A stretch of 64,000 nucleotides of DNA from Eledone cirrhosa (taxonomy: Eukaryota): the NCBI GenBank assembly GCA_964016885.1, contig OZ024766.1, positions 18,910,001-18,974,000 of the forward strand. Direction: 5' to 3'. The position numbers were made by a program, and so were the translations under genes. This document shows positions 25,034-37,121 of the stretch, piece after piece (position 1 is the first letter of the stretch; every line of letters begins with the position of its first letter). The notes under the pieces were generated by a model. That model ran no database searches and was not told the DNA's origin. It saw only the letters and a program-made list of their open reading frames with translations.

Positions 25034-25093
25034 TTCCATTTACCAGTGGTTTCTTAAAAGCAAAAGGATTTGCTTTCAATCCTCAGAATGAAA
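25034..25093 (-). ncRNA. Type-I hammerhead ribozyme, near-perfect fold (family H3), sense to the IQSEC pre-mRNA
   Basis: Minus strand: tttcatt-CTGAGGA-ttgaaagcaaa tcct tttgcttttaa-GAAA-ccactgg-TA^aatggaa. Stem I 7 bp, stem II 11 bp, GUA cleavage triplet. Confidence 0.8.
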
Positions 25094-25362
25094 AAATCCT
25101 GGTCTGTTTATTGAATATGGATTTTAAAAAACAAAAATGCAATCTATATGAAAGTGAGGCTGGAGAAGGGAGAAGGAAAGGAAAAATAAAATAAAACTAC
25201 ACATGCAAACACACACACAAAAAAACACAAAAGCATACTTACACGCACATACATATATACATATGTATAAATGTACGCATACATATATACATATACACAT
25301 ATATATATATAAAAAAAACGTACACCTACACACACATACACATATATACACACATATACATT

Positions 25363-25394
<32 letters not shown>

Positions 25395-25664
25395 CACATA
25401 TACACACACTCACACATGTGTGTATACAAGCGTACACATACACAAACAGCCATACACACACACATATATATACATATACATACATTCACACAAACATACA
25501 ACATACACATACATGAATGCACTCCTCTACATATTCACACACGCAAATAAATATAAGAAAAAAATATATAAATTTATATTAAAAAATTATATATATATAT
25601 ATATATATACAAATGGCATAGGACAGTAGAAAGGAAAGGCACAGAAACAAAGAAAGGAATCCCC

Positions 25665-25709
25665 AGTCACTGAAGAGGTCACAGAGTGTGTGACGAAAGG
25701 ACTATGACT
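25665..25709 (+). ncRNA. Minimal type-I hammerhead motif, family H2 copy 2
   Basis: Same core as 24016-24060, within the duplicated segment 25610-25778. Confidence 0.7.
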
Positions 25710-25789
25710 ATATATAAACAACTATCTGGTTGTGGAACCAACCAACCAACCAGAAATTTATAAATTTGCAGATTTGTAATTTTATAAAT

Positions 25790-26355
25790 TTATAAATATA
25801 TAATAAATTGAAGTGAAAGCAACTGGTGCGTGTGTTTCTTATTGGCAACATGACCCTCCCAAAGTATAACAATATATATATATATATATATATAGTAAAC
25901 TATATATATATATATAATTTATAATAAATTGAAGTGAAAGCAACTGGTGCGTGTGTTTCTTATTGGCAACATGACCCTCCCAAAGTATAACAATATATAT
26001 ATATATATATATATAGTAAACTATATATATATATATAATTTATAATAAATTGAAGTGAAAGCAACTGGTGCGTGTGTTTCTTATTGGCAACATGACCCTC
26101 CCAAAGTATAACAATATATATATATATATATATATAGTAAACTATATATATATATATATAATTTATAATAAATTGAAGTGAAAGCAACTGGTGCGTGTGT
26201 TTCTTATTGGCAACATGACCCTCCCAAAGTATAACAATATATATATATATATAGTAAACTATATATATATATATAATTTATAATAAATTGAAGTGAAAGC
26301 AACTGGTGCGTGTGTTTCTTATTGGCAACATGACCCTCCCAAAGTATAACAATAT
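25790..26355. repeat. ~120-bp tandem repeat (x5) containing (AT)n
   Basis: ataaattgaagtgaaagcaactggtgcgtgtgtttcttattggcaacatgaccctcccaaagtataac unit. Confidence 0.9.
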
Positions 26356-26640
26356 TAATATATACATATATATTCATATGATTTATTGATTTATTGATAT
26401 TTTATCTGAGTGTCCTGAATCTTCCAGATCGTAATTTTTCGGTCGTATGGTTGATTTTAGACATGATCTATATGTGTTGGTATTTTAACGATAGTTATAG
26501 CTCTGATTTATCTGAATTATTGAGCCCTCTGCCACTCATGTCGAATTTTGTTTATCGTGAACTCGTGCGCCGATTTTTCGATACTCGATTATTCTACTAT
26601 ATATATATACATATATATATATACATATATACAAAAACAA

Positions 26641-27385
26641 GATGGACATGTGATGTACATGGAGGATGGATGACCACTGGGTGAAGAAGTGTCAAGAAAA
26701 TCTAGTTGAAGGAAGACAGAGTAGAGGTAGACCACGAAAAACATGGGCAGAGGTGGTGAGAACAGACCTCAGATCGCTGAAGCTCACGAAGGAGATGACG
26801 AAGGACCGTGACAAGTGGAGAGATGCTGTGCTGCAGGGAGTCTATCCCAGTGGAAGGAAGACACAGTAGAGGTAGACCATGAAAAACATGGGCAGAGGTG
26901 GTGAGAGCTGACCTCAGATCGCTGAAGCTCACGGTGGAGATGACGAAGGACCGTGACAAGTGGAGAGATGCTGTGCTGAATAGGACCCGTCTTTAGTGAT
27001 AGTCACCGTCAGTGATAGAAGAACCGCTAAGTTTATATATATAGATATAGAGCAACCCACAAAAATATAGACGGAGGTGGTGAGAGCAGACCTCAAATCG
27101 CTGAAGCTCACGGAGGAGATGACGAAGGACCGTGACAAGTGGAGAGATGCTGTGCTGAATAGTCACCGTCAGTGATAGAAGAACTGCTAAGTTTATATAT
27201 ATAGATATAGAGCAACCCACAAAAATATAGACGGAGGTGGTGAGAACAGACCTCAAATCGCTGAAGCTCACGGAGGAGATGACGAAGGACCGTGACAAAT
27301 GGAGAGATGCTGTGCTGAATAGGACCCGTTCCCACTCTTGCAAGCAGGGAAAAGCGGACGTAAAATGATGATGATGATGAAGAAG
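26641..27385 (+). mobile_element. RTE LINE 3' end with internal tandem duplications and (GAT)n tail
   Basis: WVKKCQENLVEGRQSRGRPRKTWAEVVRTDLRSLKLTKEMTKDRDKWRDAV is partly repeated about 4 times, ending gcaagcagggaaaagcggacgtaaaat(gat)n. Confidence 0.85.
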
Positions 27386-27415
27386 ATAGTGTAGGGCAGA
27401 ACAAAATAAAAACGT

Positions 27416-27456
27416 AGTCACTGAGGAGGTCACAATGTTTTACGAAAGCTTTGACA
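27416..27456 (+). ncRNA. Degenerate hammerhead motif, family H2 diverged copy
   Basis: agtca-CTGAGGA-ggtcacaatgttttac-GAAA-gc-TT^tgac. Stem III is palindromic (aaagcttt) and stem II is weak. Confidence 0.5.
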
Positions 27457-28094
27457 ATATATAAACAGCCATTTGGTTATTGAACCAACCAACCGGAAAT
27501 TTATCTATCTATGTATTACTAAAACTCTGTGATTGCTTGCTTGATTGTCTGTAATGTAATACAGCCAAAAGGGGGCATAATAGGGAAATACTTTGAAAGG
27601 GAGTTGACCCGGAAATGGAAATACAAATGGAATAAAACAAGTTTCACGTAAACAGAGAGACAGACAGATGGAGAAAGATAGTGGTTGTGAGAGAGTAGAT
27701 TGAAAGAGGGCCATAGTGAGAGGGAGAGAGAGGAGGAGAGAGAGAGAGAGAGAGGAGAGGGAGAGAGAGAGGGAGAGAGAGAGGGAGAGAGAGGAGGCGA
27801 GAGAGAGAGAGAGAGAGAAAGGAGGCAAGCGAGAGAGAGAGAAAGGAGGCGAGAGAGAGAGAGGAGGAGAGAGAAAGAGAGGAGGAGAGAGAAAGAGAGG
27901 AGGAGAGAGAAAGAGAGGAGGAGAGAGAAAGAGAGGAGGAGAGAGAGAGAAAGCTGTAAAAATTATTTTTAAGTGAACACGATTTTAAAAAATATTTTTA
28001 AACGAACCTAACAAAAATACACCCCGTCCCACTACCCCCACCCCTTCCAATGTAAAGTTATGTTGGTACCACAAGATCCAGTCCTAAATAAATG

Positions 28095-28342
28095 AGGTCA
28101 TGTAGGTGTCACGACAAAAAAAAAAAACACAGTCCACGCTGTAATGTGGCCATGTAGGTAACACGGTAAAAACTTCCCAGTCCACACTGTAAATGTGGTT
28201 GGTGTTAGGAAGGGCATCCAGCCGTAGAAAACCCACCAGACAGTCCTATGCGAGCAGGACAACCACTCTTGCCTCAAGTGGGAAAACTCTCGTCCAAACC
28301 CATGCAAGCGTGGAAGTAGGACGTTAAACGATGATGATGATA
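28095..28342 (+). mobile_element. SINE/non-autonomous RTE family B 3' part
   Basis: ttaggaagggcatcc motif and tail cgtccaaacccatgcaagcgtggaagtaggacgttaaac(gat)n. Confidence 0.75.
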
Positions 28343-28383
28343 TATATATATATATATAGTTGGTTTTTTTCAATAAACAAATA

Positions 28384-28521
28384 TCATTATTTCTGAAGAC
28401 AGCATATATATGTGTAGGTATGTATATTCCCTCTGATAGTTTGTAAAATTTTTACATAGATCTATATGATATACATACCAACACACACATATATATCTTA
28501 GAAACGATCGTAAAATGATGA
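28384..28521 (+). ncRNA. Type-I hammerhead motif with a ~100-nt extended stem II (family H4)
   Basis: tcattattt-CTGAAGA-[long arm pairing atatatatgtgt..ggtatgtatat with atatacatacc..acacatatatat]-GAAA-cgatcg-TA^aaatgatga. Stem I 9 bp, stem III palindromic; the base of stem II is imperfect. Confidence 0.65.
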
Positions 28522-28668
28522 ATTTTTTAATATAAGGAACTTGTTCTTTGTTTTTATTCATTATTTTTCATCGAAAAAAATGTTGAATACATCACTTTTC
28601 AAGAAATTTGGATTACATTGAGTTCTTCATACGGATTGGACACTACCGTATATTTTGGTAGATTTATC

Positions 28669-28703
<35 letters not shown>

Positions 28704-28974
28704 TATAAAGTAAAACATGTCCATAGAATCATTTGATAATATATATACATCATTTCTTCTCCCAATTAGCATAATTAACCAGACAAAAAAAATCAATTAG
28801 ACCAGGCTATAAGATTAAAAGGCACCTATGAAGAAACAGTAAATAAATAAATTATAGCAGCTTCTTCACGGCCAACAGCTATAGAATATTTACCCAACAT
28901 TTCAACAGCCCGTGGAAATTAATTAAATATGCAGTCAACCATACACAATTAGGTATAAAATATATATATATAAG

Positions 28975-29145
28975 ATCAAAAGATAGTTAAAAGAGTTCCA
29001 AGTATTTTATAAAATACATGGAACTCTTTTAACCATCTTTTGATATTTTTATATTATTTATACTCGAGTCCTATAAACTGTGGAGTGCTACTTATCTGAT
29101 ATTTGCATTGCTTTATTGTTGCTACAATAAAACTCACCTCTTACA
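28975..29145 (+). mobile_element. Family H5 element copy starting at the hammerhead cleavage site, preceded by an inverted duplication
   Basis: 29009-29145 is homologous to 38938-39072. 28975-29044 is a 35-bp-arm palindrome. Confidence 0.7.
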
Positions 29146-29171
29146 TTATATATATATATATATATATATAT

Positions 29172-29660
29172 GGTGTTAGGAAGGGCATCCAGCTTTAGAA
29201 AACCCGCCAGACAGTCCACGCTGTAATGTGGCTGTGTAGGCAACACGGTAAAAACCTCCCAGCCCCACACTGTAAATGTGGTTGGCGTTAGAAAGGGCAT
29301 CCAGCTTTAGAAAACCCGCCAGACAGTCCACGCTGTAATGTGGCCGTGTAGGCAACACGGTAAAAACCTCCCAGCCCCACACTGTAAATGTGGTTGGTGT
29401 TAGGAAGGGCATCCAGCTTTAGAAAACCCGCCAGACAGTCCACGCTGTAATGTGGCCGTGTAGGCAACACGGTAAAAACCTCCCAGCCCCACACTGTAAA
29501 CGTGGTTGGTGTTAGGAAGGGCATCCAACTGTAGAAAACCCGCCAGACAGTCCTATGCGAGCAAGACAACCACTCTTGCCTCAAGTGGGAAAACCCCCGT
29601 CCAAACCCATGCAAGCGTGGAACACGGACGTTAAACGTTGATGATGATGATGATGATGAT
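29172..29660 (+). mobile_element. Family B SINE 3' part with a 112-bp internal tandem triplication
   Basis: ttaggaagggcatccagctttagaaaacccgcc recurs every 112 bp, then the (GAT)n tail follows. Confidence 0.8.
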
Positions 29661-29671
29661 ATATATATATA

Positions 29672-29940
29672 TTTCTACAGTTGAGTAAACTGGAGCAATG
29701 TGAAATAAAGTGTTTCCTTGAGCAAGACACTTTATTTCACATTGTTCCAGTTTACTCAGCTGTAGAAATGAGATGATAGGGAGTGGGGTCCCTATCATTC
29801 CACTGCAAAGTGGACGTGGAGGGGCCACGGCATAAAAGCACCCAGCCCACACTGTAAAGTGGTAGTGGAGGTGCCACGGCAAAAAAGCACCCAGCCCACA
29901 CTGTAAAGTGGTAGTGGAGGTGCCACAGCAAAAAAGCACG
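29672..29940 (+). mobile_element. Truncated family A SINE with a small 5' inversion
   Basis: CORE-like body plus 49-bp units; 29672-29713 is the inverted body segment. Confidence 0.7.
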
Positions 29941-29942
29941 TG

Positions 29943-29974
<32 letters not shown>

Positions 29975-30643
29975 CACACACATATATATACAGACATATA
30001 CACATATATATACATAGACATATACGCACATATATATATACACACATATACACACATACACATATATACACATATATATATACACACACATACACACACA
30101 TATACACACACACACATCATCGTTTAATATCCATCTTCCACGCTAGCATGGGTCATATACACACATATATACATATATACATACATATATAACTACATAA
30201 ATATATATATATATATATATAAATACATATATACATACATATATATACATTATATATATATATATATAAATACATATATACATATATAAATACATATATA
30301 CATATATACATATATATATACAAATATACATATATATATATATATATACAAATATACATATATATATATATATATACAAATATACATATATATATATATA
30401 CAAATATACATATATATATATATATATACAAATATACATATATATATATATATATACAAATATACATATACATATATATATATTTATATATACACATATA
30501 TACATATATATACATATACATACATATACACATATATACATATACACACATATATACATATATATTTATATACACATATACATATATATTTATATACATA
30601 TACATACATATATACATATACACATATACATATATATACATAT

Positions 30644-30706
<63 letters not shown>

Positions 30707-30717
30707 TACATATACAC

Positions 30718-30766
<49 letters not shown>

Positions 30767-30954
30767 TACATATACACATATATATATAGTGACCACTACT
30801 TTCCTTAGAAAATATATATTATATATACACCCTACTCACCAGTATTGAGTGCTCACAGCTAAAGGTTTGACTGTTCTAAGTACTGTGATGTATGTATAAT
30901 ACACAGGTTCCGATATATACGCAGCAGATGACGCTTTACACATCTACATATACA

Positions 30955-30997
<43 letters not shown>

Positions 30998-31132
30998 ACA
31001 AACACTATACATACATACATACATATATATACATTTATCCACCCTATATATATAAACAACATAAACACTATACATACACATATACATATATATACATCTA
31101 CCCACCCTATATATATATACAACACAAACACT

Positions 31133-31211
<79 letters not shown>

Positions 31212-31674
31212 TACATTTTTCTGCACCAATAAACACTATCATTGTATGTATATATCTGTGTGTGTATATATATATATATGTATACATACATACATGTATG
31301 TATGTATGTGTGTGTATCTACACAAAACCCTTTTATTTTCCCAACACCACCACCATTACACCACCACCACTACTATCAACACACCCCCAGCACCACTACT
31401 ACACCACCACCACTACTATCAACACACCACCACCACCACACCAACACCACCACCACTACTATCAACACACCACCACCACCACACCAACACCACCACTATT
31501 ACACCAACACCACCACACCACCACACCAACACCACTACACTACCACAACCACCAGCACCAATGACGTCATAACACAAAACCAGCGGTCATTCTCGGGTAC
31601 AACCCCCCACACACTTCTCTCCCGAGGGTGGGGAGTGCTGGCTGTTTCATAAACACATCACCCATTATTCCACG

Positions 31675-31737
<63 letters not shown>

Positions 31738-31879
31738 GAAAGAGAGGAAGCGAGACCACATCATCTGGGATAGAATGAGGTTAATTAGACGGTCGACACA
31801 TTGCGGGGGGAGGGTGGGGGGTATGCTGGTGTTACATTGTGTGTATAAGCGGAGGTGGGTGCTATGAAAGCACAGTAGC

Positions 31880-31985
31880 CAGAGTGAGAAGTTCAGGGAC
31901 TTACTACCACTGCTAGCTACAATAGGATTTCCTCTCAAAATGAAGGGCAGATGGTATAATGCTCGCATACGAACAGCAATGCTCT
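31880..31985 (+). mobile_element. Old RTE fragment
   Basis: Translates as KFRDLLPLLATIGFPLKMKGRWYNARIRTAML, homologous to 2540-2645. Confidence 0.7.
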
Positions 31986-32014
31986 CATACTGGATCTCCC
32001 CGCTCAACAATTGT

Positions 32015-33032
32015 ACAGAGTGGACTGGGTGCTTTTTGTCGCGACACCTACATGACCACTTTACAGTGTGGACTGGTGCTTTTTTGTTGTGACACCTACA
32101 CAACCACTTTACAGTGTGGACTGGGTGCTTTTTGTTGTGACACCCACATGACCACTTTACAGTGTGGACTGGGTGCTTTTTGTTGTGACACCTACATGAC
32201 CACTTTACAGTGTGGACTGGGTGCTTTTTGTTGAGACACCTACATGACCACTTTACAGTGTGGTCTGGGTGCTTTTTGTTGAGACACCTACATGACCACT
32301 TTACAGTGTGGACTGGGTGCTTTTTGTCATGACACCTACATGACCACTTTACAGTGTGGACTGGGTGCTTTTTGTCATGACACCTACATGATTACTTTAC
32401 AGTGTGGACTGGGTGCTTTTTGTTGTGACACCTACATGACCACTTTACAGTGTAGACTGGGTACTTTTTGTTGTGACACCTACATGACCACTTTACAGTG
32501 TGGACTGGGTACTTTTTGTTGTGACACCTACATGACCACTTTACAGTGTGGACTGGGTACTTTCTGTTGTGGCACCTACATGACCACTTTACAGTGTGGA
32601 CTGGGTACTTTTTGTTGTGACACCTACATGACCACTTTACAGTGTGGACTGGGTACTATTTGTTGTGTCACCTACATGACCACTTTACAGTGTGGACTGG
32701 GTACTTTCTGTTGTGGCACCTACATGACCACTTTACAGTGTGGACTGGGTACTTTTTGTTGTGACACCTACATGACCACTTTACAGTGTGGACTGGGTAC
32801 TATTTGTTGTGTCACCTACATGACCACTTTACAGTGTGGACTGGGTACTTTTTGTTGTGACACCAACATGACCACTTTACAGTGTGGACTGGGTACTTTT
32901 TGTTGTGACACCTACATGACCACTTTACAGTGTGGACTGGGTACTTTTTGTTGTGACACCAACATGACCACTTTACAGTGTGGTCTGGGTACATTTTGTT
33001 GTGACACCTACATGACCACTTTACAGTGTGGT
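32015..33032 (-). repeat. 48-bp minisatellite (~21 copies), SINE family B internal unit
   Basis: Unit (minus strand) gtacccagtccacactgtaaagtggtcatgtaggtgtcacaacaaaaa. Confidence 0.95.
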
Positions 33033-33297
33033 CATCATCATCATCATCACCGTTTTACGTCCGTTCTTCCACGCTAGCATGGATTAGACGGGTTGTCCTG
33101 TTGTGGGCAGTGTCTGGTCGGCTGACCATGCCTTGCTCATACAGGAACTGATCTGGCTTGATTTCTACAGCTGGATGCCCTTCCTAACACCAACCTCATT
33201 TACAGTGAGTGCTGGGTGCTTTTTCGTGGCGCCTACACGTCCACTTTACAGTGTGGGCTGGGTGCTTTTTTGCCGTGGCACCTCCACGACCACCTTG
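33033..33297 (-). mobile_element. SINE family C 3' part
   Basis: Tail (minus strand) cccgtctaatccatgctagcgtggaagaacggacgtaaaac..(gat)n; similar copies at 36210-36395 and 38690-38803. Confidence 0.7.
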
Positions 33298-33382
33298 CGG
33301 TGGGGGGGCATATTGTTTATATGTGGTCTGGGTACTTTTTGTTGTGACACCTACATGATTACTTTACAATGTGGACTGGGTA

Positions 33383-33432
33383 CTGAAGAAGTCACAGCCA
33401 ATGATGGCTGTCACCGAAAGATATATAGCAGT
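33383..33432 (+). ncRNA. Hammerhead motif, family H1 (5' stem I strand truncated)
   Basis: CTGAAGA-agtc acagcca atga tggctgt cacc-GAAA-gatata-TA^gcagt; homologous to 5621-5676. Confidence 0.55.
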
Positions 33433-33502
33433 ATATCTATAATTTATAATAAACGAAGCCAAATTTTACATATTTTACTTAATTATTATATATGTATATA
33501 TA

Positions 33503-33842
33503 TCATCATGATTTCATTTTACGTCCGCTTTTTCCCTGCTTGCAAGGGTGGGACGGGAACTGATTCTGGCTTGATTTCTACAGCTGGATGCCCTTCCTAA
33601 CACCAACCTCATTTACAGTGAGTGCTGGGTGCTTTTTTGCCGTGGCACCTCCACGACCACTTTACAGTGGAATGATAGGGACCCCAGTCCCTATCATCTC
33701 ATTTCTACAGCTGAGTAAACTGGAGCAATGTGAAATAAAGTGTCTTGCTCAAGGAAACAACACATCACCCGGCCTGAGAATTGAACTCTCAACCTTTCGA
33801 TTGCAAGCCCAATGCTCTAACCACTAAGCCATGTGCCTCCAT
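33503..33842 (-). mobile_element. Full-length family A SINE with a single 49-bp unit
   Basis: Reverse complement of the 24261-24806 structure. Confidence 0.85.
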
Positions 33843-34047
33843 ATATATATAATAATAATAAATTTGAAGACTAAAATCCAAAGAGGGCTCGATAAGGATA
33901 AATATATATCAAATATATAAGAACTGTAGAGCAAATATTATTTACTTCTGCGTTCACAGATTGATTTTTTTTAGTTTCGAAAGATCCCATTACGGGTGAA
34001 AGCAGTAATTCTTTGGTTAAACTTTAATCTGTTATTTTAATATATAT

Positions 34048-34295
34048 ATCATCATCATCATCATCAACGTTTAACGTCCGTGTTCCACGCTTGCATGGGT
34101 TTGGACGGGGGTAGTCCCACTTGAGGCAAGAGTGATTTTCTTGCTCGCATAGGACTGTCTGGCAGGTTTTCTACAGTTGGATGCCCTTCCTAACACCAAC
34201 CACATTTACAGTGTGGGTCTGGGAGGTTTTTACCGTGTTGCCTACACGGCCACATTACAGCGTGGACTGTGTGTTTTTTTGTCATGACACCTACA

Positions 34296-34298
<3 letters not shown>
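34048..34298 (-). mobile_element. Family B SINE 3' part
   Basis: Reverse complement of the 28095-28342 type. Confidence 0.75.
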
Positions 34299-34336
<38 letters not shown>

Positions 34337-35486
34337 CAATGAGTTATTTAATTTGTTGGTTATTCAACAAATATTCAACCTATGATTTGAAGTTCTTGTT
34401 TTGAATATGTCACACACACAAGACTAATCTTATAGTGAAGGAGCAAAGGTTAATGTTCAAAACCCTTTGCTGAAATAGGGGCCACATAAACCCCCCCCCC
34501 CCCCCCACTAGGACTGCCACTACCAGCACCACCAACAGCAACACCACCACCACCACAAACAACAACAACACTACCATCACCACCAACAACAACCACTAAC
34601 ACCACCACAAACAACACCACCAACAACACCACCAACAACACCACCAGCACCACTATCACCAACACCACTATCACCAACACCACCACCACCAACATTTAAG
34701 GGAAGTGTGTGTGTATGTGTATATATATATATATGTGTGTGTATATTCAAGAGACGTGTGGATGAGAAGACAGCTGCTGCAATTCAGTATTAAATTAGGT
34801 TCACTGTTTTTGATAGGGTGAGGGGTGGGGTTATATTGTGGTGGTGGGGATATAGTGGGGGTGGGTGGGGTGTTATGGTGGTATGGTGGTGGGGTGGTGT
34901 TTTGTTGTGAGGTAATGATGGTGGTGGGGATATAGTGGTGGTGGGGGAGGGGGTGTTATGGTGGTGTGGTGGTGGGGTGGTGTTTTGTTGTGAGGTAATG
35001 ATGGTGGTGGGGATATAGTGGTGGTGGGGGAGGGGGTGTTATGGTGGTGTGGTGGTGGGGTGGTGTTTTGTTGTGAGGTAATGATGGTGGTGGGGGTGAG
35101 GTGCGGTGGGGGTGAGGTGCGGTGGGGTGATGATGGTAGGGTCATGTTGTGGAGGGGGTGGGGGTCATTTGTGGTAATGGTGGGGGAGGGAGGGAGACAT
35201 ACAGAGATGTATAGACAAAAAAGTGAGGGAGAGTGAGAAAGAGAGAGTGAGAGAGAGAGGAGGGCGAGAGAGAAAGAGAGAGGGGGGGGAGAAAGAGAGA
35301 AAGAGTGAGAGAGAGAGAGAGAGTGAGAGAGAGAGAAAATGGTGTTGAAATCAAAGTAAGCCCCCTCAAGTGACTTTTTGACCCCTATAAGTACACACAG
35401 TCCACAGCTGAGAGTCCACATAGGGGGAGATAACTGGACAGGGGGGCATGGTGTTAAATACTGCTTTACATGGTACTGAGAAATAC

Positions 35487-35521
<35 letters not shown>

Positions 35522-35694
35522 TGTATATATACACATATATATACACACTTCTCTTAAATATACACACATATATTCATATACACATATACACACACACACA
35601 CACATTTCCCTTAAATATACACACATATATATAATCATATACACATATATATTCATATACACACACACTTCCCTTAAATATACACACACATATA

Positions 35695-36209
35695 TTGGTG
35701 CTACTGGTAACAGGTATCCCAGTACAACCTGCCCCATGGTCGGGTCGTTGGCGACTAAACTGGCAACCCCACCAAGGTTTCTTGGTGGGGAGGGTGACTC
35801 TGGACATCCTACAGGACTAAAAACAAAACCTGTCAAGGGACAAAGGAGCTCTTAAGAGTCAATGGCCATCCAAAATCACCGGGAGAGATGACCCCTTAGC
35901 CTTTGTCAAGGCAGAATTCTAGGAGAAGGAAAACTCTGATATAACACCTGCAACCCTGATGGTATCCAATGATGTTGACTTGTTCTTCTTTTTGGTAAAT
36001 ATCATCTTGGTTAAGAGAGTGGGACTGGCTTTGTGCAGTGCCTTTGCTCACTATGAAAGCTTCACGGCACAGGCATTGCTTTATGTCTGGAGATCTCTCT
36101 GCACTTGTCGTCACATGGTACCATGGGCCCAGCACTATGTGTCAATAATTGTCACAAGTGCAGTGTTTGTACCAGAGTTTTCAAGTCGCTGGCTGGACTA
36201 AAAAGTCAC
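35695..36209 (+). mobile_element. Bipartite non-autonomous RTE-derived element, copy 1
   Basis: RTE 5'UTR-like ctaggagaaggaaaactctga, plus a 3' C2H2 remnant CSVCTRVFKSLAGLKSH. Near-identical to 55391-55998. Confidence 0.7.
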
Positions 36210-36416
36210 ACTGCCCACACTGTAAATGAGGTTGGTGTTAGGAAGGGCATCCAGCTGTAGAAATCAAGCCAGAATCAGTTCCTGTATGAGCAAGGCTTGG
36301 TCAGCCGACCAGACACTGCCCACAACAGGACAACCCGTCTAACCCATGCTAGCGTGGAAGAACGGACGTAAAATGGTGACGATGATGATAATGATGATAT
36401 ATATATGTATACACAT

Positions 36417-36467
<51 letters not shown>

Positions 36468-36474
36468 CCTACAT

Positions 36475-36521
<47 letters not shown>

Positions 36522-36528
36522 CCCACAT

Positions 36529-36570
<42 letters not shown>

Positions 36571-36929
36571 ACACACTATATATATATACACATCCCACAT
36601 ACAATATATATATATATATATACACATCACACACAATATATATATATATATACACACATCACACACAATATATATATACACATCACACACAATATATATA
36701 TATATATACATCACACACATCCCACATACAATATATATATATATATATATATATATCTCACACACTATATATATATATATATACACATCCCACATACAAT
36801 ATATATATATATATACACATCACACACAATACATATATATATATATATATATATATACATCACACACACTATATATATATATATATATATACATCACACA
36901 CACTATATATATATATACATCACACACAC

Positions 36930-36960
<31 letters not shown>

Positions 36961-37027
36961 CACACACTATATATATATACATCACACACACTATATATAT
37001 ATATATACATACACACACATCCCACAT

Positions 37028-37079
<52 letters not shown>

Positions 37080-37090
37080 TCCCACATACA

Positions 37091-37121
<31 letters not shown>

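Noticed and set aside
26394-26610. CpG-containing non-repetitive stretch with a 96-aa ORF
   Set aside because: No recognisable motif; probably an old unidentified TE fragment.
32292-33077. Cys-rich repeat protein MTTLQCGLGTFCCDTY (also 52875-54757)
   Set aside because: Translation of the 48-bp SINE-internal minisatellite.
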